From contig NZ_CP011304.1 of the NCBI RefSeq assembly GCF_000981785.2, positions 2,490,001-2,522,000 on the forward strand: 32,000 nucleotides of DNA, given 5' to 3'. This DNA comes from Microcystis aeruginosa NIES-2549 (GTDB taxonomy: Bacteria; Cyanobacteriota; Cyanobacteriia; Cyanobacteriales; Microcystaceae). The position numbers were made by a program, and so were the translations under genes. Below the pieces are notes generated by a model. The model did not search any database. It had not been told where the DNA came from and saw only the letters and a program-made list of their open reading frames with translations. This document shows positions 8,514 to 16,703 of this stretch, piece after piece (positions within the stretch are counted from its first letter, which is position 1; each line of letters opens with the position of its first letter).

Positions 8514-9010
8514 ATTGATATTGGTGATAAATTTGACTATAATTACCAGTTATTTAATTTATTCATCGTCCAAAATTAAAGAGACATAAACTATATTTTA
8601 TGGTGGTTGAGTCATGATAAATTTCTTGGCAACTTCGGTGGCAATTTTGGCATCAGAAATATTGCTTAAATCTCAAGAGATAGGAACCTTAACTATCCGA
8701 TCACCCCAATAATACCATAGATACATCTGTCCCAACTTATGTATGAGGGGACTACCCCCATTCCATCACCTCCTTGACCATTTCTCTCAAGTCATCCTTC
8801 TTGGTTTTTCCCTCCCACTTGTCATAAACTAAACTTATACCAATATGGGTGGTGAATCATTTTATCTAAAAAAACTGTCAGTAGAAAAGGAGCGAACCGT
8901 CAGTTAATTAGACCCGTTATTGCAGAGATTTTGGCAAATTTTTCTTTTTAGCATGGTTTTCCTGATTTGAGATTATCCCCCCTTACTTTAAGTAAAGGGG
9001 GAAAAAAAAA

Positions 9011-10855
9011 TCAATTGGCACGCTGTTCAACCAACAGTTGGTAAGCATGATTAAAATCAGCCGTTGTAATGCGAATATCAGCCGGGTCAGTCATTCCCTG
9101 ATGGCGATAACGACGAATTGCCATCAGTGCCGCTTGGTTACATAATAAAGCTAAATCTGCACCATTCCAGCCTTCGGTTGCCTCGGCCCAATGGCCTAAA
9201 TCCACATCCTCTAAAGGACGTTCATCATTATGAACCCCCAGAATTGCTAAACGACTGGAGGCATTCGGTAAATCAACTTTTAACTGTAAATCTAACCGTC
9301 CCGCTCGCAATAAGGCTGGATCTAAGGCATCGGGGCGATTAGTGGCTCCAATCACTAAAATCGTTGCCCCCGTTTGCAACCCATCTAACTCCGTGAGGAT
9401 TTGTCCCACAACCCGGTCACTCACTCCCGAATCCCCACTATAACGACCTCTTGCCGGCGCTAAAGTATCAATTTCATCAATAAAAACCACACAAGGTGCT
9501 GCCTGACGAGCTTTGGCAAACAACTCACGCACTGCCTGTTCACTGGCCCCCACCCATTTACTCAAAAGCTCAGGTCCATTAATACTAATAAAATTAGCTC
9601 GCGCCTGAGATGCAACCGCTTTGGCCAATAAGGTTTTTCCCGTTCCGGGGGGACCCCAAAGTAAAATACCTTTGGGAGCTTGGGCTTTGGTTTGCGTATA
9701 TAATTGCGGATGGAGTAATGCTCCTTCCACGGACTCCTGTAGGGTTTGTTTAATCTGTTCAAGTCCGCCAATATTGTCCCAGTCCACATGGGGAGATTCC
9801 ACCTCCACAGACCGCAATACCGCCGGTTTAACTTCTTTAAGGGCTTGCAAAAAGTCGGCTTGCACCACCGTCATTGTTTCGGGAATTTGCGAGTCAATCG
9901 TAGGAACCTGTCGTCGCAAAGCACTATAGGCCGCTTTCTGGCAAACGGCTTTTAAATCTGACCCGACAAATCCCACCGCATTATCGGCAATCAGAGCTAA
10001 GGAAACTGATTCATCTAGGGGCATGGAACGGGTGAGAATTTGCAGGATTTCTAAACGACCAGCCCGGTCAGGCACCCGAAAGAGGACTTCTCGGTCAAAC
10101 CGTCCGGGGCGGCGGAGGGCAGGGTCAAGATGGTCGGGACGGTTTGTCGCCGCTAGAACAATCACCCCTTGACTTTGGGCAAAGCCATCCATTAAACCGA
10201 GCAATTGGGCCACCAGTCTTTTTTCTACTTCCCCTTCAACTTTACTGCGGTCGGGTGCCATGCTATCAATTTCGTCGATAAAAACGATACAAGGCGCATT
10301 CTTACTGGCTTTCTCAAAAATTCCCCGGAGTTTTTGCTCGGCTTCCCCATAATATTTGCTGATCACCTCTGGTCCGACTAAGGCAATATAGTTAACACCG
10401 AGTTCTTCGGCCAAAGCACGGGCAGTCAGGGTTTTCCCGGTTCCAGGCGGTCCGACTAAGAGAACGCCGCGAGTGGGTTCAAGTCCTAACTTGGCCAACA
10501 AGTCCGGGCGTTTCAGAGGAATGGCAATTAGTTCCTTGAGTTCTTTAATCACTTCCGTCAAGCCACCAACATCTTTCAGAGAAGCCGTGGTCGGTTCTTC
10601 GGGCGGTGTCACACTGTCTTCAACCCCTGAATCGGTGGGGGATGACCGATTGCGATTGACCTCAAAATCATCCCCACCAGAATTGTTCGGGCGATAAACT
10701 CCCCCTGGACGGGGAATACCGCCAGCGCGGGGAATGTTACTCAAGGGACGAGAGTTAAATTGCACTTCGGTTTTAATTTCCCCTTTTTCCAGTTTCTCTT
10801 CTAAGGTCTTAGCGAGTTCTACTAATTGCTCAAAGCCTTTGAATAATTCTACCAT
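9011..10855 (-). CDS. Cdc48/p97-like double AAA+ ATPase with a short non-canonical N-terminal region
   Basis: Two AAA modules, each with Walker A GPPGTGKT and Walker B FIDEID (LLVGPPGTGKTLTARALA...IVFIDEIDSMAP; LLWGPPGTGKTLLAKAVA...VVFIDEIDTLAP). AGGAG lies about 9 nt upstream of the ATG at 10855. Confidence 0.85.
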   Translation of the reverse strand: MVELFKGFEQLVELAKTLEEKLEKGEIKTEVQFNSRPLSNIPRAGGIPRPGGVYRPNNSGGDDFEVNRNRSSPTDSGVEDSVTPPEEPTTASLKDVGGLTEVIKELKELIAIPLKRPDLLAKLGLEPTRGVLLVGPPGTGKTLTARALAEELGVNYIALVGPEVISKYYGEAEQKLRGIFEKASKNAPCIVFIDEIDSMAPDRSKVEGEVEKRLVAQLLGLMDGFAQSQGVIVLAATNRPDHLDPALRRPGRFDREVLFRVPDRAGRLEILQILTRSMPLDESVSLALIADNAVGFVGSDLKAVCQKAAYSALRRQVPTIDSQIPETMTVVQADFLQALKEVKPAVLRSVEVESPHVDWDNIGGLEQIKQTLQESVEGALLHPQLYTQTKAQAPKGILLWGPPGTGKTLLAKAVASQARANFISINGPELLSKWVGASEQAVRELFAKARQAAPCVVFIDEIDTLAPARGRYSGDSGVSDRVVGQILTELDGLQTGATILVIGATNRPDALDPALLRAGRLDLQLKVDLPNASSRLAILGVHNDERPLEDVDLGHWAEATEGWNGADLALLCNQAALMAIRRYRHQGMTDPADIRITTADFNHAYQLLVEQRAN

Positions 10856-10938
10856 AAAATTTCTCCTGAATCAATTGAAGGATGGGGACTGGGTAATAGA
10901 TGAGGTTGAGAAGTCCGACTTGAGCAGACTAATTACCT

Positions 10939-12840
10939 TTAAAATAACAGATCTGCCGCGCCTTTTACCCGGGCTAGAGGTTCTACTGACCGGGGTAAAC
11001 TGGCTAAGCGGATCAAGGTTTGCTCTGGGAATAAATCCCGATCAATTTCCTCATTAGCGTGATAACGATTCTGCACGACGTAACGTTGATAGACTCCCTT
11101 TTTTTTCAAAGATGCTGTCAATCGCAGTTGTTCGGCAACGATGGCATCTTGGGCTTGCAAAACTCCAATAAATTCTGTATGTTGGGGGTCTTTTAGTTTG
11201 TTCTGGGCAGACATCACCTGTTGTCTTAAGATTCGCAATCGTCCCATTAAATCTACACGCCCTAATACTTTTTGATACTTTATCCAAAGCTTAAAAATCC
11301 AACTTAACCAATCTCCTAAAGCCGTTGGCATTTCTAAAAATCGCAGGAGATGACCGGTAGGAGCCGTATCTAAAATAATCAAATCTTGTTGTTTCTGGTC
11401 TAATAACTCCATTACTTTTACTAGGGACAACATTTCATCAATTCCTGGCAGAGATTGAGCCACAATTTGTCGCCAAGCTTCTGGAGTATAAGCTAGTTTG
11501 ATATTTCCTTCTTCCTTACTTTCACCACTAATCATTTCTGCCAGTTCCCATAAATAATCATCTCGAAATTTTTCTAAAACGATATTAGCATCAACTTCTT
11601 GACCACTTAAATTAGCAGTTAATTGTGTGGATTGATGTCCTAATTTTGTCCCAAAGGCATCTCCCAAAGAATGAGCCGGATCAATAGAAATAATTCTAAT
11701 TTTTTGATCGGGATGACGATTAGCTAACGCCCAACCAATGGCCGCGGCAACCGTGGTTTTTCCCACCCCACCCTTGCCACCAATGATAATAAGTTGGCGT
11801 TTGTCGTCAATAAAATCACTAAAACTCGGCAGAATTTTTTGCGGCCATTGAATGGGAGGCGGGGTAATAAATTCTACTTTTTCGAGGATTTTAATTTGAC
11901 TCATGATCTGATCTAATGCTTCACCTCCTAGGGGTTCTTTTGCCTGTTGGGGCAGGGTGAAAATTGTCTCTTGACTTGGAATTTTTAGGAATTTATCGAG
12001 GAGTTGCTGTTGCTCACTATAGCGATCTAAATTTTGATTAGGATCCGTTAGAATGCGATTGATAAATAAGCTGCCGCAGGGAATATTTAAGTGATGCAAA
12101 CTATTGAGTAATCGTTCGGTTTCTAATAAACTCATCGGTTCGGCAATTGCCACAATTAAACAAAGGGTAAAATCCCGATCTTGTAGGAGTTGTTTGCCTT
12201 CGGTTAATTCTGATTTTGTTTTGACTAAAAAGTCATCCACATCATCGGCATTGTAGGTTTTTGAAAAAGTTTGCGAAATAACACGATGTTTTTCTTGAAA
12301 CAACTCTAAAGAATTGAGAATAATCTCTAAAAAGTCTTTAATTTCCAATAAATTCAAGGTATGACCAGAGGGAGCCATATCAACAACAATTCGGTCTACA
12401 ACTTTCTCAATAAGTAATCGTTGAATCTCTAATAGACCCATGATTTCATCTAAACCTGGCCAGTCTAAATCCCAAACAGGAGTTAAATCTTCTCCCTCAA
12501 CAAAACTGCCCCGTTCTACTAAAATTTCTAAAAATTTTCCGTATTTTTCTTTAAATTCTAAGAGCAATTTTTCCGCATCTAATGCCCTAACTTTTAAGTT
12601 GGGTAAGTCTTTTACAGGTGATGCTTCATCGCTAACTTCTGTTTGCAATACATCCCCTAAAGAATGAGCAGGATCGGTTGAGATTAATAGGATTTGTTCC
12701 TCGGGAAATAATTTAGCCCAACGGCGAGCAAATCCACAGGAAAGGGTGGTTTTTCCCACTCCTCCTTTGCCACTAAACATAACTAAATGTCGAGTGTCAT
12801 AAGGACTTAGAGAGTTATTTGCCAAGTTAAAGTTAGTCAT
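10939..12840 (-). CDS. Two-domain ArsA/Get3 (TRC40) family ATPase, tightly coupled downstream of gvpW
   Basis: Two homologous halves. Each carries a deviant Walker A (FSGKGGVGKTT; GGKGGVGKTT), a DPAHSLGD motif (STDPAHSLGDVL; SIDPAHSLGDAF) and a DxAPxGH signature (DMAPSGHTL; DTAPTGHLL). The ATG at 12840 is 12 nt after the gvpW stop. Confidence 0.85.
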   Translation of the reverse strand: MTNFNLANNSLSPYDTRHLVMFSGKGGVGKTTLSCGFARRWAKLFPEEQILLISTDPAHSLGDVLQTEVSDEASPVKDLPNLKVRALDAEKLLLEFKEKYGKFLEILVERGSFVEGEDLTPVWDLDWPGLDEIMGLLEIQRLLIEKVVDRIVVDMAPSGHTLNLLEIKDFLEIILNSLELFQEKHRVISQTFSKTYNADDVDDFLVKTKSELTEGKQLLQDRDFTLCLIVAIAEPMSLLETERLLNSLHHLNIPCGSLFINRILTDPNQNLDRYSEQQQLLDKFLKIPSQETIFTLPQQAKEPLGGEALDQIMSQIKILEKVEFITPPPIQWPQKILPSFSDFIDDKRQLIIIGGKGGVGKTTVAAAIGWALANRHPDQKIRIISIDPAHSLGDAFGTKLGHQSTQLTANLSGQEVDANIVLEKFRDDYLWELAEMISGESKEEGNIKLAYTPEAWRQIVAQSLPGIDEMLSLVKVMELLDQKQQDLIILDTAPTGHLLRFLEMPTALGDWLSWIFKLWIKYQKVLGRVDLMGRLRILRQQVMSAQNKLKDPQHTEFIGVLQAQDAIVAEQLRLTASLKKKGVYQRYVVQNRYHANEEIDRDLFPEQTLIRLASLPRSVEPLARVKGAADLLF

Positions 12841-12852
12841 AGAGAAATCAAG

Positions 12853-13536
12853 TTAAGTAAAGTGATAGGGGGGAGAAACTTGTCCTAATTGTAATTCCCA
12901 ACGGGGGCAGGCTTTCTGCCAATGCAAGACTTGCTCGATTAGTAAAGGTTCTTCTTGAAAATCAACTAAAAGATAAATTCGTGATTCTGTCCCTGGAGCA
13001 GTAACAATCCTCGTTAATGGATAGCTTTGGTTGACTAAATCCACGAGATTTTGCCATTCTGAACCCTGCAAAGTATAAAAATCCTGTTGGGCTTCATAAA
13101 GCTGTTTTTTGGCTAAAAAATATTGTCTGCCCCTGCTTTCAGAAGGGAGTACTGGCTCCTCTAGCTTACGGGGAATACATTTTAAAAGATATTCTCCTTT
13201 TCCCTCAAGTTCTTCAATTTTTTCTTGATATTCTTGGGCATGAGAACAAAGATGAGTCAGTAAATTTTCTGCCTCTAAAAAAGATGTGCCAAAACGTAAG
13301 GGTAAAATAGTGGTTTGTTGAAATAATTCACAGATGACTTGATCGTGACATAAAACGGATTGAATCAACCGTTCATCATCATTTTGTAAAGTGTCTAAAC
13401 TAACTTCGGGTTCGACTACGGCCGAGAGGTCTCCACCAGTTATCAGTAACAATGGGTTAGCCATTCCAACGGGTAATGTTAGGCTTTCTATTGGGGTTTT
13501 CAAAAAAGCGTAAGTATATAAATTGTACAATTTCAT
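12853..13536 (-). CDS. gvpW: Gas vesicle protein GvpW (GvpF/L-family fold)
   Basis: N-terminus LYxYAF...LxxVxG...L pattern typical of the GvpF/L family (YTYAFLKTPIESLTLPVGMANPLLLITGGDLSAVVEPV-like). It sits after gvpV at the end of the cluster. ATG at 13536; the listed ORF starts at TTG 13548. Confidence 0.75.
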   Translation of the reverse strand: MKLYNLYTYAFLKTPIESLTLPVGMANPLLLITGGDLSAVVEPEVSLDTLQNDDERLIQSVLCHDQVICELFQQTTILPLRFGTSFLEAENLLTHLCSHAQEYQEKIEELEGKGEYLLKCIPRKLEEPVLPSESRGRQYFLAKKQLYEAQQDFYTLQGSEWQNLVDLVNQSYPLTRIVTAPGTESRIYLLVDFQEEPLLIEQVLHWQKACPRWELQLGQVSPPYHFT

Positions 13537-13555
13537 AGAGTTTACCAAAGGAAAA

Positions 13556-13604
13556 TTGACGATTTTTTACAAATTTTTATATTGGGACGTTGATATGCTA
13601 GAAT
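13556..13604 (+). promoter_or_regulatory. Candidate sigma70-type promoters for gvpV in the divergent gvpW/gvpV intergenic region
   Basis: TTGACG (13556-13561), 16 nt, TATATT (13578-13583). A second -10 candidate is TGCTAGAAT (13596-13604, extended -10 type), 24 nt before the gvpV ATG. Confidence 0.3.
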
Positions 13605-13628
13605 ATTCTAAGTTATTCAGGGATTTTT

Positions 13629-13967
13629 ATGACAACCACTCGTCCACCCAGACCAATTAGATCTAAAATTAGCACTATGCCTCGGAAACAATCTGAAGCA
13701 GATCACCAACTTGAGCTTTATAAGTTAATTACTGAAAAACAACGTATCCAAGAAAAATTAGAAATGATGGAGCGGCAGATTCAGCAATTAAAAAATCGTC
13801 TCACGTTTGTGACAGAGCAAATTGAGACCACAGAACAAAGTATTCAAAATTTGCGTACAGCCAATCCTCCTAGTTTAAGTTTAGCTAAAAAACCTGATTC
13901 CCCCAAAACTGTTGCTCACTCCTCTAATGATTCTAGTAATTTCCAAGCTTTTTATCTAGAATATTAA
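13629..13967 (+). CDS. gvpV: Gas vesicle protein GvpV (small coiled-coil protein)
   Basis: 112 aa. Central heptad-rich stretch LELYKLITEKQRIQEKLEMMERQIQQLKNRLTFVTEQIETTEQSIQNL. Its position between gvpG and gvpW and its opposite orientation match the published Microcystis gvp order (recollection). Confidence 0.7.
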   Translation: MTTTRPPRPIRSKISTMPRKQSEADHQLELYKLITEKQRIQEKLEMMERQIQQLKNRLTFVTEQIETTEQSIQNLRTANPPSLSLAKKPDSPKTVAHSSNDSSNFQAFYLEY

Positions 13968-14094
13968 GGCTTAATCAAGGGCTAGTTCTGACCGAGCTTC
14001 AACCAGTTCTTGAGCTTGTCAAAGCCGCCCTTACTAAGCACCGCTACAATCTTTGATTTTGTTCATGGGCTATCGGGTTGGAAAGATTGCCAGT

Positions 14095-14355
14095 TTAGAG
14101 AGAAGATTCAGATTCGTTTTCTGCCGCCTCTTCTTCTAAGGCTTGAATTTTTAATAAAAGTTCTTCTTCCCGAATTTCAAACTCCTCCTCAGAAATATTG
14201 CCCATATCGTAAGATAGTTGTAAGGATAATAATAATTTGTGCAAATTTTCCGCCTCATCATATTCTATATCTGCACGTTCTTGAATTTTCTCCCCAATCC
14301 AGATTAGACCCCCAATAGGACCGGTAACAGGAAGAAGTAAAAGATCGAGAAACAT
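14095..14355 (-). CDS. gvpG: Gas vesicle protein GvpG
   Basis: Conserved GvpG N-terminus (MFLDLLLLPVTGPIGGLIWIGEKIQE) and acidic C-terminus. Starts 14 nt after the gvpF stop. Confidence 0.85.
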   Translation of the reverse strand: MFLDLLLLPVTGPIGGLIWIGEKIQERADIEYDEAENLHKLLLSLQLSYDMGNISEEEFEIREEELLLKIQALEEEAAENESESSL

Positions 14356-14369
14356 AACTAATACTCTCC

Positions 14370-15104
14370 TTAGATAAGTTGGGCAAAGGTATAGGGTGCG
14401 GTTAAATTGTTATAGCGAATTCTTAGGCGATCACCAAACTGCTGATCGATTGCTTCAACCTTTTGGCTAAATTCTGGCTCTTGCTCCCAGGGAATTAAAT
14501 AAGCTGCATTGTAAATCATGTCATCCGTCATCGGATCGCTTTCAATCACCTCTTGGGCGCGATGATTTAATTGCTCTCTAAAGACTTGAATAACGTCTTG
14601 TTTCCGTTGCAATACAGTGGCTTCAATGAGTTGACCTATATGGATAATTTCTTCCATATTTAAGTTTTTACCCATCATCGCATCCCGTTCTTGCTTTAAC
14701 TTCGGATTAGACTCCAAAGCCGCTTGTAATTCCCACTGATTATCCCAAAAAATCTTAATGCTAACTTCTCGTTGGCCTGACAGTTTAGCAAATAATTCTT
14801 TCAGTTGGGTTTTATAGGGATTAATTAATTGTTCGGTGACGGATTCCCAAGTTTTGATAACTAAGCCAAACCGCAGGGGCAACAAGGTTGTAAACCCCGC
14901 CTCCATGACAGTTTCTAATACTTTTTCATGGCAAATTAAATAGCGACGGGATGCCAAGTACTTCTCTTTATGAGCAAGGGAGTAGAGAAAACTAAAACCA
15001 TCAATCATCTCACTGTGAACTGGCTCATTATCAATCCCTTGCAAAACCAGTCCGTCAGGAACTGGTTCGGGAAATATTCCATATAAATAAAGACCCACTG
15101 TCAT
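14370..15104 (-). CDS. gvpF: Gas vesicle protein GvpF
   Basis: GvpF/L family N-terminus (LYLYGIFPEP...LQGIDNEPVH...FSFLYS). 244 aa. Starts 15 nt after the gvpK stop. Confidence 0.9.
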   Translation of the reverse strand: MTVGLYLYGIFPEPVPDGLVLQGIDNEPVHSEMIDGFSFLYSLAHKEKYLASRRYLICHEKVLETVMEAGFTTLLPLRFGLVIKTWESVTEQLINPYKTQLKELFAKLSGQREVSIKIFWDNQWELQAALESNPKLKQERDAMMGKNLNMEEIIHIGQLIEATVLQRKQDVIQVFREQLNHRAQEVIESDPMTDDMIYNAAYLIPWEQEPEFSQKVEAIDQQFGDRLRIRYNNLTAPYTFAQLI

Positions 15105-15119
15105 CAGTATTCTCCCAAA

Positions 15120-15593
15120 TTAAAGCGGCTGAGAAGTTAAAACCAAACGAAGCTTGAGGTGAATTAGATCTAGTTGAGCTAAACCCAGATCAACATTTCC
15201 TTCCACAACAACTCCTGTATTGAGGAGTCTATCCACTAATTCTAACACAGAAGGCTTAATACCCTCCTTTCCTGGGTAATAACTCCCTGCTTCCGGTAAA
15301 AGAGTGCCAAACTCTCCTAGATGGACATTTAACTCTTCTGGCTCAACCTCAAAAATTTCACACAAATAGAGAATTTGTTCTTGCAATTTTTGGATACTTT
15401 CTGCGGCTCTATCTAAATCGGACTCACTGAGAACCCCTTTTTCCATCCGGCGAATGATTTGGGCTTCGAGCAATTGGCGTACCAGTTCCACGACAGTTAA
15501 CAGTAAAGGGGCTAAACCGGCTTGGCTATTACTTTCTGGACTGGTCAGCAAGGCTTGATTATCAGAATCGTAAGGTGTGCAAGCAAGGGTCAT
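15120..15593 (-). CDS. gvpK: Gas vesicle protein GvpK
   Basis: Conserved GvpK core (LAPLLLTVVELVRQLLEAQIIRRMEKGVLSESDLDRAAESIQKLQEQI). ATG at 15593; the listed ORF extends to a TTG at 15653. Confidence 0.85.
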   Translation of the reverse strand: MTLACTPYDSDNQALLTSPESNSQAGLAPLLLTVVELVRQLLEAQIIRRMEKGVLSESDLDRAAESIQKLQEQILYLCEIFEVEPEELNVHLGEFGTLLPEAGSYYPGKEGIKPSVLELVDRLLNTGVVVEGNVDLGLAQLDLIHLKLRLVLTSQPL

Positions 15594-15679
15594 GGTTGGA
15601 ATTGGTAAATTAGCAGTTTTTAACGGTGAGTCTCTAGTGGGGAGATTGGCCAAGAAATTTTATCTGAGGGAAAAAATGA

Positions 15680-16005
15680 TGTAATTAAACAATGTCAAAT
15701 TTCCTCTGCCTTGGCAAGATTCCAGTAAAGAACTTCGCCGACAGGAGGAATGTGCTTGATCATGGTTGACTGGTATCATGGCTCTCCATTGCCCTGGATT
15801 GGGGTAGGGATTTTCAGGCTTGAAGTTCAGTTTCTCGGGTTTGAAGTCGGCGTGAAAGTTCTTAGTTTTCTGCTAATAAAGCTTGGGATTGGCTATAGGG
15901 ATAGGAGTCGCCTTCCCAGCCATTAATTGCCATCTCCCTTGCTCTATCAACAGAGGCAATCGTTAACCGTGTAAACTTCTTTACCGTTTGAGGATTCAAT
16001 TGAGA
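15680..16005 (-). pseudogene. Decayed third copy of the GvpJ C-terminal tail module plus a partial fourth linker segment
   Basis: Hand translation of the minus strand gives QLNPQTVKKFTRLTIASVDRAREMAINGWEGDSYPYSQSQALLAEN*ELSRRLQTRETELQA*KSL... It is collinear with the GvpJ tail but has in-frame stops and no start codon. Confidence 0.6.
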
Positions 16006-16271
16006 AATTTCACTGTATATGGAGAATGTGACTGATCGTTCCGACTGCTATCACGGCTCTCCATTGCACTAAATTTGGTTAAGGATTTTAAGGCTTGAAG
16101 TCGGCGTGAAAGTTCCAGGTTTTCTGCGAATAAAGCTTGGGATTGGCTAGGGAGGTAGGGATAACCTTGCAAGCCGTTAATCGCCGTTTCCCTGGCTTTA
16201 TCAAGGGGGGCAATTGTCAACTCGTGTAAATTTCCTAACCTTTGAGGATTCAAGTGAGGAATTTCACGCAT
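15996..16271 (-). CDS. gvpX: GvpJ-tail paralogue occupying the gvpX position between gvpJ and gvpK
   Basis: The ORF translation TIAPLDKARETAINGLQGYPYLPSQSQALFAENLELSRRLQALKSLTKFSAMESRDSSRNDQSH aligns with GvpJ residues SVDKAREMGINWWEGDPYLHSQSQALLAENRELSLRLQTLETELETLKSLAKLSAMESHDTSPNDEAH. The start is uncertain (Met codons at 16322, 16307, 16289, 16271) and overlaps the gvpJ 3' end. The symbol is assigned by position only. Confidence 0.5.
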   Translation of the reverse strand: MREIPHLNPQRLGNLHELTIAPLDKARETAINGLQGYPYLPSQSQALFAENLELSRRLQALKSLTKFSAMESRDSSRNDQSHSPYTVKFLN

Positions 16272-16686
16272 CTGAGGAATGTGCTTCATCGTTCGGACTG
16301 GTATCATGGCTCTCCATTGCACTCAATTTGGCTAAGGATTTTAAGGTTTCAAGCTCAGTTTCTAGGGTTTGGAGTCGGAGTGAAAGTTCCCGATTTTCTG
16401 CTAGTAAAGCTTGGGATTGGCTATGGAGGTAGGGATCCCCTTCCCACCAGTTGATTCCCATTTCCCTTGCTTTATCAACAGAAGCAATTAACAAACGAAT
16501 GCGGATATTTATAAGTTCAGTGGAGGCGATCGAAACGGAAATATCGCCAGCAATCACAATTCCCTTATCTAAAACTCGCTCGAGGATATCCGCTAAACCC
16601 GAACCTTGAGTTGCTGTTTTCAGAGCGTTGTTTGATTGGGTTTTGAGCGAGCCAGCAAAAGTGGAAGAAGTCACGGTTGGTTTCAC
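16264..16686 (-). CDS. gvpJ: Gas vesicle protein GvpJ (GvpA-family core plus long C-terminal tail)
   Basis: GvpA/J core LADILERVLDKGIVIAGDISVSIASTELINIRIRLLIASVDKA. GTG start at 16686, 17 nt after the gvpN stop. Confidence 0.9.
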   Translation of the reverse strand: MKPTVTSSTFAGSLKTQSNNALKTATQGSGLADILERVLDKGIVIAGDISVSIASTELINIRIRLLIASVDKAREMGINWWEGDPYLHSQSQALLAENRELSLRLQTLETELETLKSLAKLSAMESHDTSPNDEAHSSDA

Positions 16687-16703
16687 TCAATAAGAGTATA
16701 AAA

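Noticed and set aside
8977-9010. Canonical rho-independent terminator for the Cdc48-like gene
   Set aside because: On the gene's strand the T9 run precedes the hairpin rather than following it, and on the plus strand the hairpin is followed by A9. It is kept only as a palindromic repeat observation.
9118-9955. Several 69-102 aa ORFs on both strands inside the Cdc48-like gene
   Set aside because: They are shadow or alternative-frame ORFs within a 614-aa gene whose two AAA modules are unambiguous.
10473-11287. ORFs 10473-10697 (+), 10734-11057 (+) and 11054-11287 (-)
   Set aside because: They overlap the Cdc48-like and ArsA-like coding regions in other frames or strands and show no motifs.
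10939-12840. Arsenite-efflux function for the ArsA-family ATPase
   Set aside because: No arsB/acr3, arsC, arsD or arsR is in the window. The gene is coupled to gvpW by 12 nt. An arsenic role cannot be excluded without checking the metalloid-binding cysteines by alignment.
14010-14318. 102-aa plus-strand ORF between gvpV and gvpF
   Set aside because: It lies almost entirely antisense to the well-supported gvpG. Its composition is low-complexity, there is no ribosome-binding site, and it is most simply a shadow ORF.
16214-16454. Two overlapping plus-strand ORFs (72 and 70 aa)
   Set aside because: They are antisense to the gvpJ tail and the gvpX-position ORF. Their existence follows from the repeat structure and codon bias of the sense genes.
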